This document shows, in pieces, positions 38,285 through 46,939 of a DNA stretch of 64,000 nucleotides. Position numbers and translations under genes: made by a program. The first letter of the stretch is position 1. Each line of letters opens with the position of its first letter. Location: positions 3,552,050-3,616,049 of the forward strand of contig CP070695.1 in NCBI GenBank assembly GCA_020353515.1. Reading direction: 5' to 3'. The notes under the pieces are model-generated. The model did not search any database. It was not told the origin of the DNA and saw only the letters and a list, made by a program, of their open reading frames with translations. The stretch is from Candidatus Heimdallarchaeota archaeon (GTDB taxonomy: Archaea > Asgardarchaeota > Heimdallarchaeia > Hodarchaeales > Hodarchaeaceae).

Positions 38285-39511
38285 CTAAATAAACGGGAGT
38301 GTTTCATCGTTTTCAACTCCCTCAGCCTGTACCATGAACTTCCAGCGGGTAAGCAGACGCTGAAATGCTTCTTTTATATTTTCGTCTACAGATAAATGTG
38401 ATTCTCCTTGAAAATTAAATAAGCGAAGTATTTTTGACTTTGTTTCAAATTTTGCTTCCAATCTTCCAATAAAATCACCTGAGTAAAAGAGGGGATATAC
38501 GTAATATCCCCATACGCGATCTTTAGGCTTTTTATATACTTCCCACACATATTCATAACTAAATAACTTATTTAAAAGCTGTCTATCCCAAATAAGTGGA
38601 TCCAATGGCCCAATGACTCTCATCTCATCATCTAGCTCTTGTTGGCATAAATTTTCCCAATTTGATGGAACAATAAAGCCCAAGCCCTCATCTTCTAATT
38701 GAACAAGTGAAGGTAGAAGATCTTTGGTAGATTCTCCAATTAATAGTTTTTCGGGAGAAATAGCTATTCTTTTCCCAAATCTGATTTTTCCATCTTTCTT
38801 GATGGTTATTTTACCAGTAGGAGTCACAGGGAAACTTTTTATCTTGAGTTTGAGCTTCATAAAACGTTGTTCTTCCTCCGAGTAAGATTCCTTTTTCAAA
38901 TGTGATTTTTCGATATAGTTCTCAATCAAATCATACGTTTTTCGGAAGTTATTATCTCTTAATACAGCAAGTTTACCCATAGCCCACAGAAGTTCTAGAG
39001 CTGTTCCTGAATTCCGACTAGTCTTCCAGACTGCGTATTTTGGATCAGCTTTTCCTAATTCAGTTAAATCGGAACCCCGAGTAATACCATGAGATCTAAC
39101 ATACTCCAATACCTGATCAAGCATATCAGGGTGGGTTTCTTCAAGTATCTTCAATGCTCGACTGTAGTATCTTCCAAGTTGATCTCGCCCAAGCGTTTGA
39201 GAGTAGAAAAGAGGAAAAAAATCAACATGAATCGCGTTTAAATTATGAAAATATGATTCAAAAATTAATTTCTCTGAATAAGCAATTTTTTCATAATCTC
39301 CTTGCTGATAATCTTGTATCCGAGAACTAAAGAAATAGTCATGGTACCTACCAGCAGGATTAAGAGGATCAAGTTGAATTAAACCCTGTTCTTTAATGAT
39401 TTTTCTTACATCGTTACCTTGCCAACGATGGAGATGACATCCCACTATTAACAGGCGTTTCAGTTCTTTCTGGGTAATATGAGGAATCGATGGCATTACT
39501 AACGTCCTCAA
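38285..39511 (-). CDS. YcaQ/AlkZ-family (HTH_42) interstrand-crosslink DNA glycosylase
   Basis: QxD motif IQLDP, ALELLWAMGKLAV, GPLDPLIWDR, YVWEVYKKPKDRVWGYYVYP, FIGRLEAK. Confidence 0.88.
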   Translation of the reverse strand: MRTLVMPSIPHITQKELKRLLIVGCHLHRWQGNDVRKIIKEQGLIQLDPLNPAGRYHDYFFSSRIQDYQQGDYEKIAYSEKLIFESYFHNLNAIHVDFFPLFYSQTLGRDQLGRYYSRALKILEETHPDMLDQVLEYVRSHGITRGSDLTELGKADPKYAVWKTSRNSGTALELLWAMGKLAVLRDNNFRKTYDLIENYIEKSHLKKESYSEEEQRFMKLKLKIKSFPVTPTGKITIKKDGKIRFGKRIAISPEKLLIGESTKDLLPSLVQLEDEGLGFIVPSNWENLCQQELDDEMRVIGPLDPLIWDRQLLNKLFSYEYVWEVYKKPKDRVWGYYVYPLFYSGDFIGRLEAKFETKSKILRLFNFQGESHLSVDENIKEAFQRLLTRWKFMVQAEGVENDETLPFI

Positions 39512-39658
39512 TGGATCTCATATTGTTATGTTAACCCAGTTTTTCAACGGCTTAAAGTTGAGCTTGTTCATTCTCTCTTTATATTTTACCAATCCTCTTA
39601 TAATAATTGCATATTCTCTACTTACCTAACCTAAAAATCAAGTGTGAGAAGAAAAATC

Positions 39659-42061
39659 ATGGCTGAGGCGTGCAAAACTCCTAAAGATATCTGGAAACCA
39701 TCAGAAAAACTTAGTCCAAGAATAAAAAAACTTCGAGAGGAATACTTTTCTTTTTATGAAAGGTACGATAGATATACAAACGAAGTAAGGCCTTATACCA
39801 CGGGTCGAAAGTGGGATAATGTCTATTCGTTCTTTCATTGGGGAGTGACGCCTGAAGGCATTCCATTCTTTCCAGGATTTAAAGATACTTTACGAGTACT
39901 AGCAGAAGTTGTTCAATTTCCAGATGAATACTATCGACGAACAATTGCTGAAAGAAAAGCATTATTTTTCAACAAGGTTCTTGCAGATCATCTACCAGTA
40001 TTGATATTAGAAGGAGAGTTGATAGTAGGGAGTCATTTCAATACAGCACTAAGTAAAGTTTTAACTGAATCAGAAACAAAAAAATGGGATAAAGGTCAAA
40101 CAGAATTTTTTAAAGAACTAAAGTTTCGATGTGAAACAGGAGAATTTAACTACGGCGCAATCCCAGGTCATCTTGTTCCTAATTATCCTAAAGTTCTCGA
40201 GAAAGGCTTTTCAGGAATCCAGAAAGAATTAAAAGAGTTACATGCTCAAATAAAAAAACCAGAACAAAAAACATGGCTTCAAGCACTAATTGATTCGTGT
40301 GAGGGACCTCGAGTATTAGCTAAAAGGTATTCAGATGAAGCTAAACGATTAGCTAATAAAGAATCTGATCCTAAACGTAAGGAAGAATTGATAAAACTAT
40401 CAAGAATCTGTGCTAAGGTACCTTGGGAACCTGCAAACACCTTTTGGGAAGCAGTACAATCTGTTTGGATGACTCATGCATTAGTATTAGCTGCTGAGAG
40501 TTATCCAGGCGCTGGAACAAGTCCAGGACGTATCGACCAATTTTTCTATCCTTATTACAGGAATGATGTTGAAAATGGAACATTAACAAGGGAATTTGCC
40601 AAAGAATTACTTGAATGCTATTGGATAAAACATAATTATGCTTATGACTTCCAAGGCCAAATAGGTAACTCACAAGGTATTAATTCGAGCTTTGGACAGC
40701 TAATAACAATTGGTGGGATTGATGAAAACCACGAAGACGCTAGCAATGATTTGACATGGTTAATACTAGAAGTGATTGAAGAAATCAATCTCCTTGAACC
40801 AAAACCAAATATTCGCCTTCATGCGAAAACCCCTCAACCCCTTATGACTCGAGTCGCGGAGCTAATAGCAAAAACTCAAGGATCACCTTTCTTGATGAAT
40901 TTTGACGAACTTGCTATAAAAGCACTAGTCTGGCAAGGAATACCAAAGAAGGAAGTTTGGAATTATGCTCCAGTCGGTTGTCTTGAAAACACCATGATTG
41001 GAAATGATGTATCTGGAACAGTAGATGTGAATGTCAATATTGCTAAAGCTGTTGAACTTACTATGAACAATGGTAAGGATATGAGGCTAGATATGCAATT
41101 AGGACCAAAGACTGGAGATCCAATAAAAGACTTTAAATCTTTTGATGAATTTTTGACTGGTTTTAAAGTTCAATTACAAGCTCTATTGGATCGAGCAATT
41201 GAAGCTTATAATTTTGCAGATAAACTACGACTAGACTACGAACCTGTTCCATACGTGTCTGTTTTAGTTGATGGATGTGCTGAATCAGGAAAAGATGCGC
41301 GATCTGGGGGAGCAAAATATAACTTTACAACAGTAGAAGGATTAGGACTTGCAAATGCAGCTGACTCGTTGGCAGCCATTAAAAAATTAGTTTATGAAGA
41401 AAAAAAAGTGTCGATGGAGAATTTAGTGGCAAATTTACGATCAAATTTCGAGGGAAACGAGGAACTTCGACAACTATTGATTAACCATGCCCCTAAATTT
41501 GGTAATGATGATGATTATGTTGATGAATTAGCGCGAGAAGTATCACGATTTTGGGGAGAATATGTATTCAAGAAAAAGTCTCCAGCGACGGGTCGCCAAT
41601 ATCGAGGTGGATATCTTTCTTGGAATTATTTTATTAGTTTTGCGCCGAAAACTGCAGCATTACCAGACGGAAGACTTCAAGGAGGCTATTTATCTGGTGG
41701 TGTTGGACCTTATCAAGGAATGGACATTACAGGCCCAACTGCTTCCGCTTTATCTGTCGGAAAACTAGGATTAGAAGTTCATCCCAATGGTACTTCTCAT
41801 ACAATGAGTTTCTCTCCAGCGTCCCTACGTGATGAAGAACATATTGAAAAAATGATAGCATTTTTACGGACATATGCTAAAATCGGTGGAACAGCTTTGC
41901 AAACGAATGTAATAAGTTCTGAAACCCTCATTGAAGCTCAAAGGCATCCTGAGCAGTATCGAAATTTATTAGTCAGAGTGACTGGATACAATGCCTACTT
42001 CACAACTCTGGGTAAAGAACAACAAGATGAAATCATTGCTAGGGAATCACATAAGGTTTAA
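39659..42061 (+). CDS. Glycyl radical enzyme (PFL superfamily, not PFL), substrate unknown
   Basis: ELIVG, GHLVPNY, GRIDQ, QLITIGG, single-Cys loop VGCLE, PKFGNDDDYVD, glycyl loop LLVRVTGYNAYF, QDEIIAR. Start at ATG 39659. Confidence 0.93.
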   Translation: MAEACKTPKDIWKPSEKLSPRIKKLREEYFSFYERYDRYTNEVRPYTTGRKWDNVYSFFHWGVTPEGIPFFPGFKDTLRVLAEVVQFPDEYYRRTIAERKALFFNKVLADHLPVLILEGELIVGSHFNTALSKVLTESETKKWDKGQTEFFKELKFRCETGEFNYGAIPGHLVPNYPKVLEKGFSGIQKELKELHAQIKKPEQKTWLQALIDSCEGPRVLAKRYSDEAKRLANKESDPKRKEELIKLSRICAKVPWEPANTFWEAVQSVWMTHALVLAAESYPGAGTSPGRIDQFFYPYYRNDVENGTLTREFAKELLECYWIKHNYAYDFQGQIGNSQGINSSFGQLITIGGIDENHEDASNDLTWLILEVIEEINLLEPKPNIRLHAKTPQPLMTRVAELIAKTQGSPFLMNFDELAIKALVWQGIPKKEVWNYAPVGCLENTMIGNDVSGTVDVNVNIAKAVELTMNNGKDMRLDMQLGPKTGDPIKDFKSFDEFLTGFKVQLQALLDRAIEAYNFADKLRLDYEPVPYVSVLVDGCAESGKDARSGGAKYNFTTVEGLGLANAADSLAAIKKLVYEEKKVSMENLVANLRSNFEGNEELRQLLINHAPKFGNDDDYVDELAREVSRFWGEYVFKKKSPATGRQYRGGYLSWNYFISFAPKTAALPDGRLQGGYLSGGVGPYQGMDITGPTASALSVGKLGLEVHPNGTSHTMSFSPASLRDEEHIEKMIAFLRTYAKIGGTALQTNVISSETLIEAQRHPEQYRNLLVRVTGYNAYFTTLGKEQQDEIIARESHKV

Positions 42062-42063
42062 CA

Positions 42064-43011
42064 ATGATGACGGATATAATGGGTCATGTACTAAACATTC
42101 AACGGTATAGTACTGAAGATGGACCTGGCATTCGTACTACAGTTTTTTTACAGGGATGTTCACTCAGATGCAAATGGTGTCAGAATCCGGAGAGTTTTGA
42201 ACTACAACCATATTTAGTATGGTATAGCGATAGATGTATTGCTGCCAGACACTGCATTGAAGTATGCTCAGATGATGCACTTGAACTCACAAAAGAAGGA
42301 ATGCAGATAGATCGATTTCGTTGCACATCTTGTGGAAATTGTGTACAAATATGTCCAACAAAAGCATTTGAAACCCTTGGACGGGAAATGACTGTCGATG
42401 AAGTGGTGTCTCAATCTCTCCGAGATAAATCTTTTTATAAAGAATCAAATGGTGGAGTCACACTCTCAGGGGGAGATCCTCTTTACCAACCAAAATTTTC
42501 GCTAGCAATTCTAAAAGATCTCAAAGATAACGAGGTTCATACAGCCCTTGATACTAGTGGTTATGCTAACCAAGAAACTTTTGAAAAAATCGTGAAACTT
42601 ACAGACTTAGTTCTACTAGATCTCAAAGTTATTGATCCTAAAGTTCATAAGAATATCACTGGTGTTGATAATAAAACGATCCTTTCAAATGCTCAATGGT
42701 TAGGACAACAAAAAATTAAAGTTTGGATTCGGACTCCGATTATTCCATCATATACTGATCAAGAGAAAAATATCCAAGCAATTGCATCTTATATTAATAA
42801 AAATATGGCTAATGTTGTTGAGCGTTGGGATCTCCTATGTTATAACAATATGTGCATTTCAAAGTGGAAACGATTGGATTTATCTTATGAATGTGAAGAT
42901 CTTCCATTAATGTCAGAAACAAAAATCAAAATATTAGCAAAAAATGCTCAATCAGCAGGAGTACCAGTCACGTGGTCAGGTGTTGTTGATAAAACGTGGG
43001 TGAAATATTAG
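42064..43011 (+). CDS. Glycyl-radical enzyme activating enzyme (radical SAM with ferredoxin insert)
   Basis: DGPGIRTTVFLQGCSLRCKWCQNPES, CTSCGNCVQICP, GGVTLSGGDP, ALDTSG. Confidence 0.95.
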   Translation: MMTDIMGHVLNIQRYSTEDGPGIRTTVFLQGCSLRCKWCQNPESFELQPYLVWYSDRCIAARHCIEVCSDDALELTKEGMQIDRFRCTSCGNCVQICPTKAFETLGREMTVDEVVSQSLRDKSFYKESNGGVTLSGGDPLYQPKFSLAILKDLKDNEVHTALDTSGYANQETFEKIVKLTDLVLLDLKVIDPKVHKNITGVDNKTILSNAQWLGQQKIKVWIRTPIIPSYTDQEKNIQAIASYINKNMANVVERWDLLCYNNMCISKWKRLDLSYECEDLPLMSETKIKILAKNAQSAGVPVTWSGVVDKTWVKY

Positions 43012-43805
43012 TGAAACTACCTAAAACTGTAAAAGAAGCTTTTGCATTGGAATTAGAGGCAGCTAAATTTATGGCTACTCGTGATGCAAATGGAGTACCA
43101 AATATAGCAATGATCTCAACCATCAGTCCATGGGAGAAAGATGAAGAGCAATTGATTTTTGGTAATTTTTTGATGTGGCAAACAAAAAAGAATCTTGAGA
43201 ATGGATCACCAGTCTCGATTTCCGTGATGACCTTAGACTTCAAATCCTATGAGGTTAGAGGAAGATTTCTTGGTTTCGAGACTTCAGGGGAGAAATTCGA
43301 TACAATGAGTAGCAAGGATCTTTTTCGTTACTCTGCTATTGGTTTGTTACGAAGTGTTGGGACCATTGCAATTGATGAGATCTATCCTATCAAGCTAAGT
43401 ATGCTAGGTGTTGGAACGGAATGGTTTTTGGCAAAAATTGCTGGAAAAAGAATCAAAGATCTTGAGAAAGGAAAGGGTATAAATCCATTAGTAATGCAAA
43501 ATGTTGGTGTGCTTCAAGGATCAAAATTCTTAACAGTCTCACGAAAAGACCATATGGAACAATTTCCCATCTTAGGAATGAAACCTGTGGATGATTATGT
43601 TATTATCCGTTCAGATCTTCCATTGAAAGAAGGAGATAATATAGCAATATCAGCTTTCAATATGGAACTTAAAGCTTTCCAAATAAAAGGAGAATATATG
43701 GGAGTAAGACGGTCAAGAGGAGTAAAGTTTGGTTATATTAGAGTGAACAACGTTCTGACACAAACACCCCCTCTTGTTTCTCGAGAAGTTCCAACTGATA
43801 ATTAA
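42996..43805 (+). CDS. Tandem pyridoxamine-5'-phosphate-oxidase-like (split-barrel) domain protein
   Basis: KFMATRDANGVPNIA..QTKKNLENGSPVSISV..SYEVRG; second degenerate copy KFLTV..IAISAF..AFQIKG. Alternative GTG start at 43011 overlaps the activase TAG. Confidence 0.8.
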   Translation: MGEILVKLPKTVKEAFALELEAAKFMATRDANGVPNIAMISTISPWEKDEEQLIFGNFLMWQTKKNLENGSPVSISVMTLDFKSYEVRGRFLGFETSGEKFDTMSSKDLFRYSAIGLLRSVGTIAIDEIYPIKLSMLGVGTEWFLAKIAGKRIKDLEKGKGINPLVMQNVGVLQGSKFLTVSRKDHMEQFPILGMKPVDDYVIIRSDLPLKEGDNIAISAFNMELKAFQIKGEYMGVRRSRGVKFGYIRVNNVLTQTPPLVSREVPTDN

Positions 43806-44074
43806 CCATTGTTGTGGATTCTTTCTTATTTTCTTCTTCAGTTTTTAGCTTTATAAGCATTGGCCAGAAAATCTGAGTTATGATTATTTTTATTTCAGTA
43901 ATATTAAATGTTGATAATAACACTATAACTCCTTAATTTTTGAATAATACTAAACAATAAACTATTTAAACCCTTAATTTTTTATTTTATTTGATCAATG
44001 ATTTTTGTGCATTAGCTCTTTGCATTGACTCAAAAATTAAGTAGACCAATATATCGAACAAAAGAAGATTAAAA

Positions 44075-44224
44075 ATGATAAAAATAATAAAAAGTGTTAT
44101 TCCAACTTCATGGTTTCAAATAAAGCAAGATGATAAACTACGTCAGACAATTGTAATTGTTTCTTTGCTTATTGAAGTATTAAGTATACTTTTAATAGGA
44201 TTTTACTTAAAATCGTATATATGA
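44075..44224 (+). CDS. Putative 49-aa single-TM protein, not in ORF track
   Basis: MIKIIKSVIPTSWFQIKQDDKLRQTIVIVSLLIEVLSILLIGFYLKSYI*; fills an intergenic gap. Confidence 0.35.
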   Translation: MIKIIKSVIPTSWFQIKQDDKLRQTIVIVSLLIEVLSILLIGFYLKSYI

Positions 44225-44243
44225 TGAAAACTATTTCTGATTT

Positions 44244-45284
44244 TCAAACATAATTTTCATATAAAACATCGTATTGATTATTTGCTTTAAATACAATTGT
44301 TTTCACTTTTTTAATAATTAGATTTACTTCCTGTTTTGTTATAACAGGGAAATTATGGAGTTTATTTAAATATTTCAAAGGTTTATTTTGTGCTATTCTC
44401 TCTTGAACAAATTTTTCATGTCTTTTTAACCGATTTTCAATATATTCATTCGCAAATTCTACAAGATCTCTTATTCTAAGGTTTATTGTCTTTTCGAACC
44501 TAGAGTCGAGTTCATACCCAATACTATTTCTTCCTGAACTCATCGCTGCAAGAGTTGTTGTTCCAGTACCGAGAAAAGGGTCTAAAACAATATCTCCTTT
44601 AACTGAAAACATATTTATCAATCGATATGCCAAGTCAAACGCGAAAGCTGCGCTTCTTTCCCTAGTTTCATTATTCATAGCTTGAGATGTTCCTTTGATG
44701 AACCAGAGATCTGAAAACCAAATATTTCTTTCCTCCCAAAAATAAGAGCTTTCCTGTCGATTTAATTTCTCTGTGGCATTTTTAAACTCTCTTTTACCAC
44801 CCTTTCTTAGGATCAAAATAAATTCATGTTCTAATGTAATATATGCACCAGGGGGAAGCATTCCTGATCCCATGAATTTGTTTGGTGCATTGGTCGGTTT
44901 CCTCCAAATAATTTCTGGTAAAATACTGAATCCAAGTTTACAACAAAATTCCAAGATCCGTGAATGGTTTGCATAGAGGCGAAATTCTTTCCCAATCGTT
45001 CTAACAGCATCACCTACGTTAATACAAGCAATTCCTCCACTTTTAAGTACACGATAAATTTCTACCCATGTTTTATCGAGCTCTTGATGCATCAACTCAA
45101 AAGCTAAAGATCCATCTTGGACATCTAAAGCATTTTTAATCTCTGGACTCATTTTAGAAAACAAATTGTCCCACAATTCTATGATTGGATACGGGGGACT
45201 TGTTATTACTAAATCTATACTTTCTGTATCAATGTCCTCCATTTTATTGGAATTAGTAAACTTGATCTTGTGGTAGGTTTTCAT
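44244..45284 (-). CDS. Beta-class N4-cytosine/N6-adenine DNA methyltransferase, no adjacent nuclease
   Basis: Motif IV TSPPY precedes motif I VLDPFLGTGTT; IIWRKP, HEFILI. Confidence 0.93.
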   Translation of the reverse strand: MKTYHKIKFTNSNKMEDIDTESIDLVITSPPYPIIELWDNLFSKMSPEIKNALDVQDGSLAFELMHQELDKTWVEIYRVLKSGGIACINVGDAVRTIGKEFRLYANHSRILEFCCKLGFSILPEIIWRKPTNAPNKFMGSGMLPPGAYITLEHEFILILRKGGKREFKNATEKLNRQESSYFWEERNIWFSDLWFIKGTSQAMNNETRERSAAFAFDLAYRLINMFSVKGDIVLDPFLGTGTTTLAAMSSGRNSIGYELDSRFEKTINLRIRDLVEFANEYIENRLKRHEKFVQERIAQNKPLKYLNKLHNFPVITKQEVNLIIKKVKTIVFKANNQYDVLYENYV

Positions 45285-45391
45285 GACTGAATATTCACCA
45301 GAAATAATTGCTCAATACATAAAAAATACTGATCAACTGAAAAGACTTTGGGATATTCATCAGAAAAACATAGGAAACTGATAGAAATAAC

Positions 45392-45409
45392 AGAAAAGAC
45401 TTCTTTTCT
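45392..45409. promoter_or_regulatory. Inverted repeat AGAAAAGA-CT-TCTTTTCT in the divergent MTase/CDF intergenic region
   Basis: Perfect 8-bp arms; an overlapping alternative pair TGATAGAAA (45379) / TTTCTATCA (45405). Confidence 0.35.
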
Positions 45410-45564
45410 ATCAAAAGTTTTCGACAGTGAACATTTCCTAACTAGTGTTTCTAAATGCTATTAAATCTAACGGAAAAATTAATTTTAGACGTTTTATTCT
45501 GGAATGGGGACATTTGAAAGACATTAGTGAAACAACAAAACCAAAGGTGTTACAATTTTGGAAA

Positions 45565-46923
45565 ATGGATGAAAAAATATATGCAGCTTTTTCCTCAGTT
45601 ATTGCAGCGATCTTTTTAACCATAATAAAGTTTATTGTTGGGATTTGGAGTGGGAGTTTAGGTCTCCTTTCTGAAGCCCTTCATTCAGCCCTAGATCTTG
45701 CAGCTGCCGGAGTGACACTTATGGCTGTTCGATCGTCTTCAAAACCAGCTGATCAAGATCACCAGTATGGACATGGAAAAATAGAAAGCTTATCAGCCCT
45801 ATTTGAAACGATTCTTCTATTAATTACAATAATCTGGATCGTTTATGAAGCAACGCGAAGAATTTTACTTAATGAATTGGAAATCATTACTCACCCAATT
45901 ACTTTTGGAGTAGTGATCCTAGCTATTATTATTGATTACTCTAGGAGTAGGTTACTCTACAAAATGGCTAACAAATATGATAGTCAAGCATTGAAAGCTG
46001 ATGCCCTTCATTTTAGTACTGATATTCTAAGCTCTTCAGTTGTATTTATTGGATTAATTTTCGTCATGTTTGGATTTCCGTTAGGTGATCCACTCGCAGC
46101 TATTGGAGTAGCAATTATTGTTTTACTTATGACCATTAATTTGGGAAAAGAAACAGTTGATTCGCTTCTAGATCGTGCTCCCCCTGGAGAAAAAGAAAAG
46201 GTACAATTAGCAGCAGAACGCGTAGTGGGAGTAATTTCATGTGAGAAGATTCGAATACGGAAATCAGGGATGGTTACGTTCGTAGATCTAGCAATTATAA
46301 TAAATCCAAACATATCATTAGAAAAAGCTCATTCTATAGCTGAAAATGTCACAATAGAAATTCAAAAAGTCATAAATTACGCTGATGTGAGTGTTCACAT
46401 GGATCCAGCTTCAGAGGATCTTACTCCTTTAATTAAAGCCATAAGAAAAGAAGGTAAGCGAACTGAATGGATTCTAGACATTCAAAAAATATATGCTTTC
46501 GAATTTTTGGGGAAACTATCAATCGCTCTTCACATTGTAGTTGAGGCTGAAAAAAGCCTTGGTGAGATTTACCAAAGCTTAGAAGATTTTAAAGGAAGTC
46601 TTCGAACTATTGATCCACGAATTTCTGAGGAGTATTTAAATTTCCATATAGAACCTTCTGAAACAAAAAAACCTCTAAAACTTAACTTTAAAGAATTAGA
46701 AAAAAGAATCCAATTTTTAACAGAGGAAAATGAACTTCTTAATAATCCTCATGAAATTAAATTATATAAGATACCTTCAGGAGTTTTTGTTTCCCTACAT
46801 TGCAATACTCAGCCAATCTTATCTGTAGAAGAAGTTCATAAAGCTACAGTCATCTTGGAAGAAGCCATTTCGAGAGAAATTCCTGGTGATTCTCATATAT
46901 ACATTTTTGTAGAACCACAATAA
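45565..46923 (+). CDS. Cation diffusion facilitator (FieF-like) with repeated C-terminal dimerisation domains
   Basis: SEALHSALD, PADQDHQYGHGKIE, ALKADALHFSTD, DPLAAI, VHMDP, FHIEP, IFVEP. Start moved to ATG 45565. Confidence 0.92.
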   Translation: MDEKIYAAFSSVIAAIFLTIIKFIVGIWSGSLGLLSEALHSALDLAAAGVTLMAVRSSSKPADQDHQYGHGKIESLSALFETILLLITIIWIVYEATRRILLNELEIITHPITFGVVILAIIIDYSRSRLLYKMANKYDSQALKADALHFSTDILSSSVVFIGLIFVMFGFPLGDPLAAIGVAIIVLLMTINLGKETVDSLLDRAPPGEKEKVQLAAERVVGVISCEKIRIRKSGMVTFVDLAIIINPNISLEKAHSIAENVTIEIQKVINYADVSVHMDPASEDLTPLIKAIRKEGKRTEWILDIQKIYAFEFLGKLSIALHIVVEAEKSLGEIYQSLEDFKGSLRTIDPRISEEYLNFHIEPSETKKPLKLNFKELEKRIQFLTEENELLNNPHEIKLYKIPSGVFVSLHCNTQPILSVEEVHKATVILEEAISREIPGDSHIYIFVEPQ

Positions 46924-46939
46924 CATGAAATTTAAACGC

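Noticed and set aside
39659-42061. Annotation as pyruvate formate-lyase, or as alkyl/benzylsuccinate synthase (hydrocarbon activation)
   Set aside because: Lacks the adjacent Cys-Cys pair of PFL; the GCLE loop and absence of small subunits do not fit fumarate-adding enzymes.
45445-45564. N-terminal extensions given by the ORF track for the CDF gene (and 3961-4041 for the ABC permease)
   Set aside because: They come from upstream alternative start codons; family homology begins at the downstream ATG.
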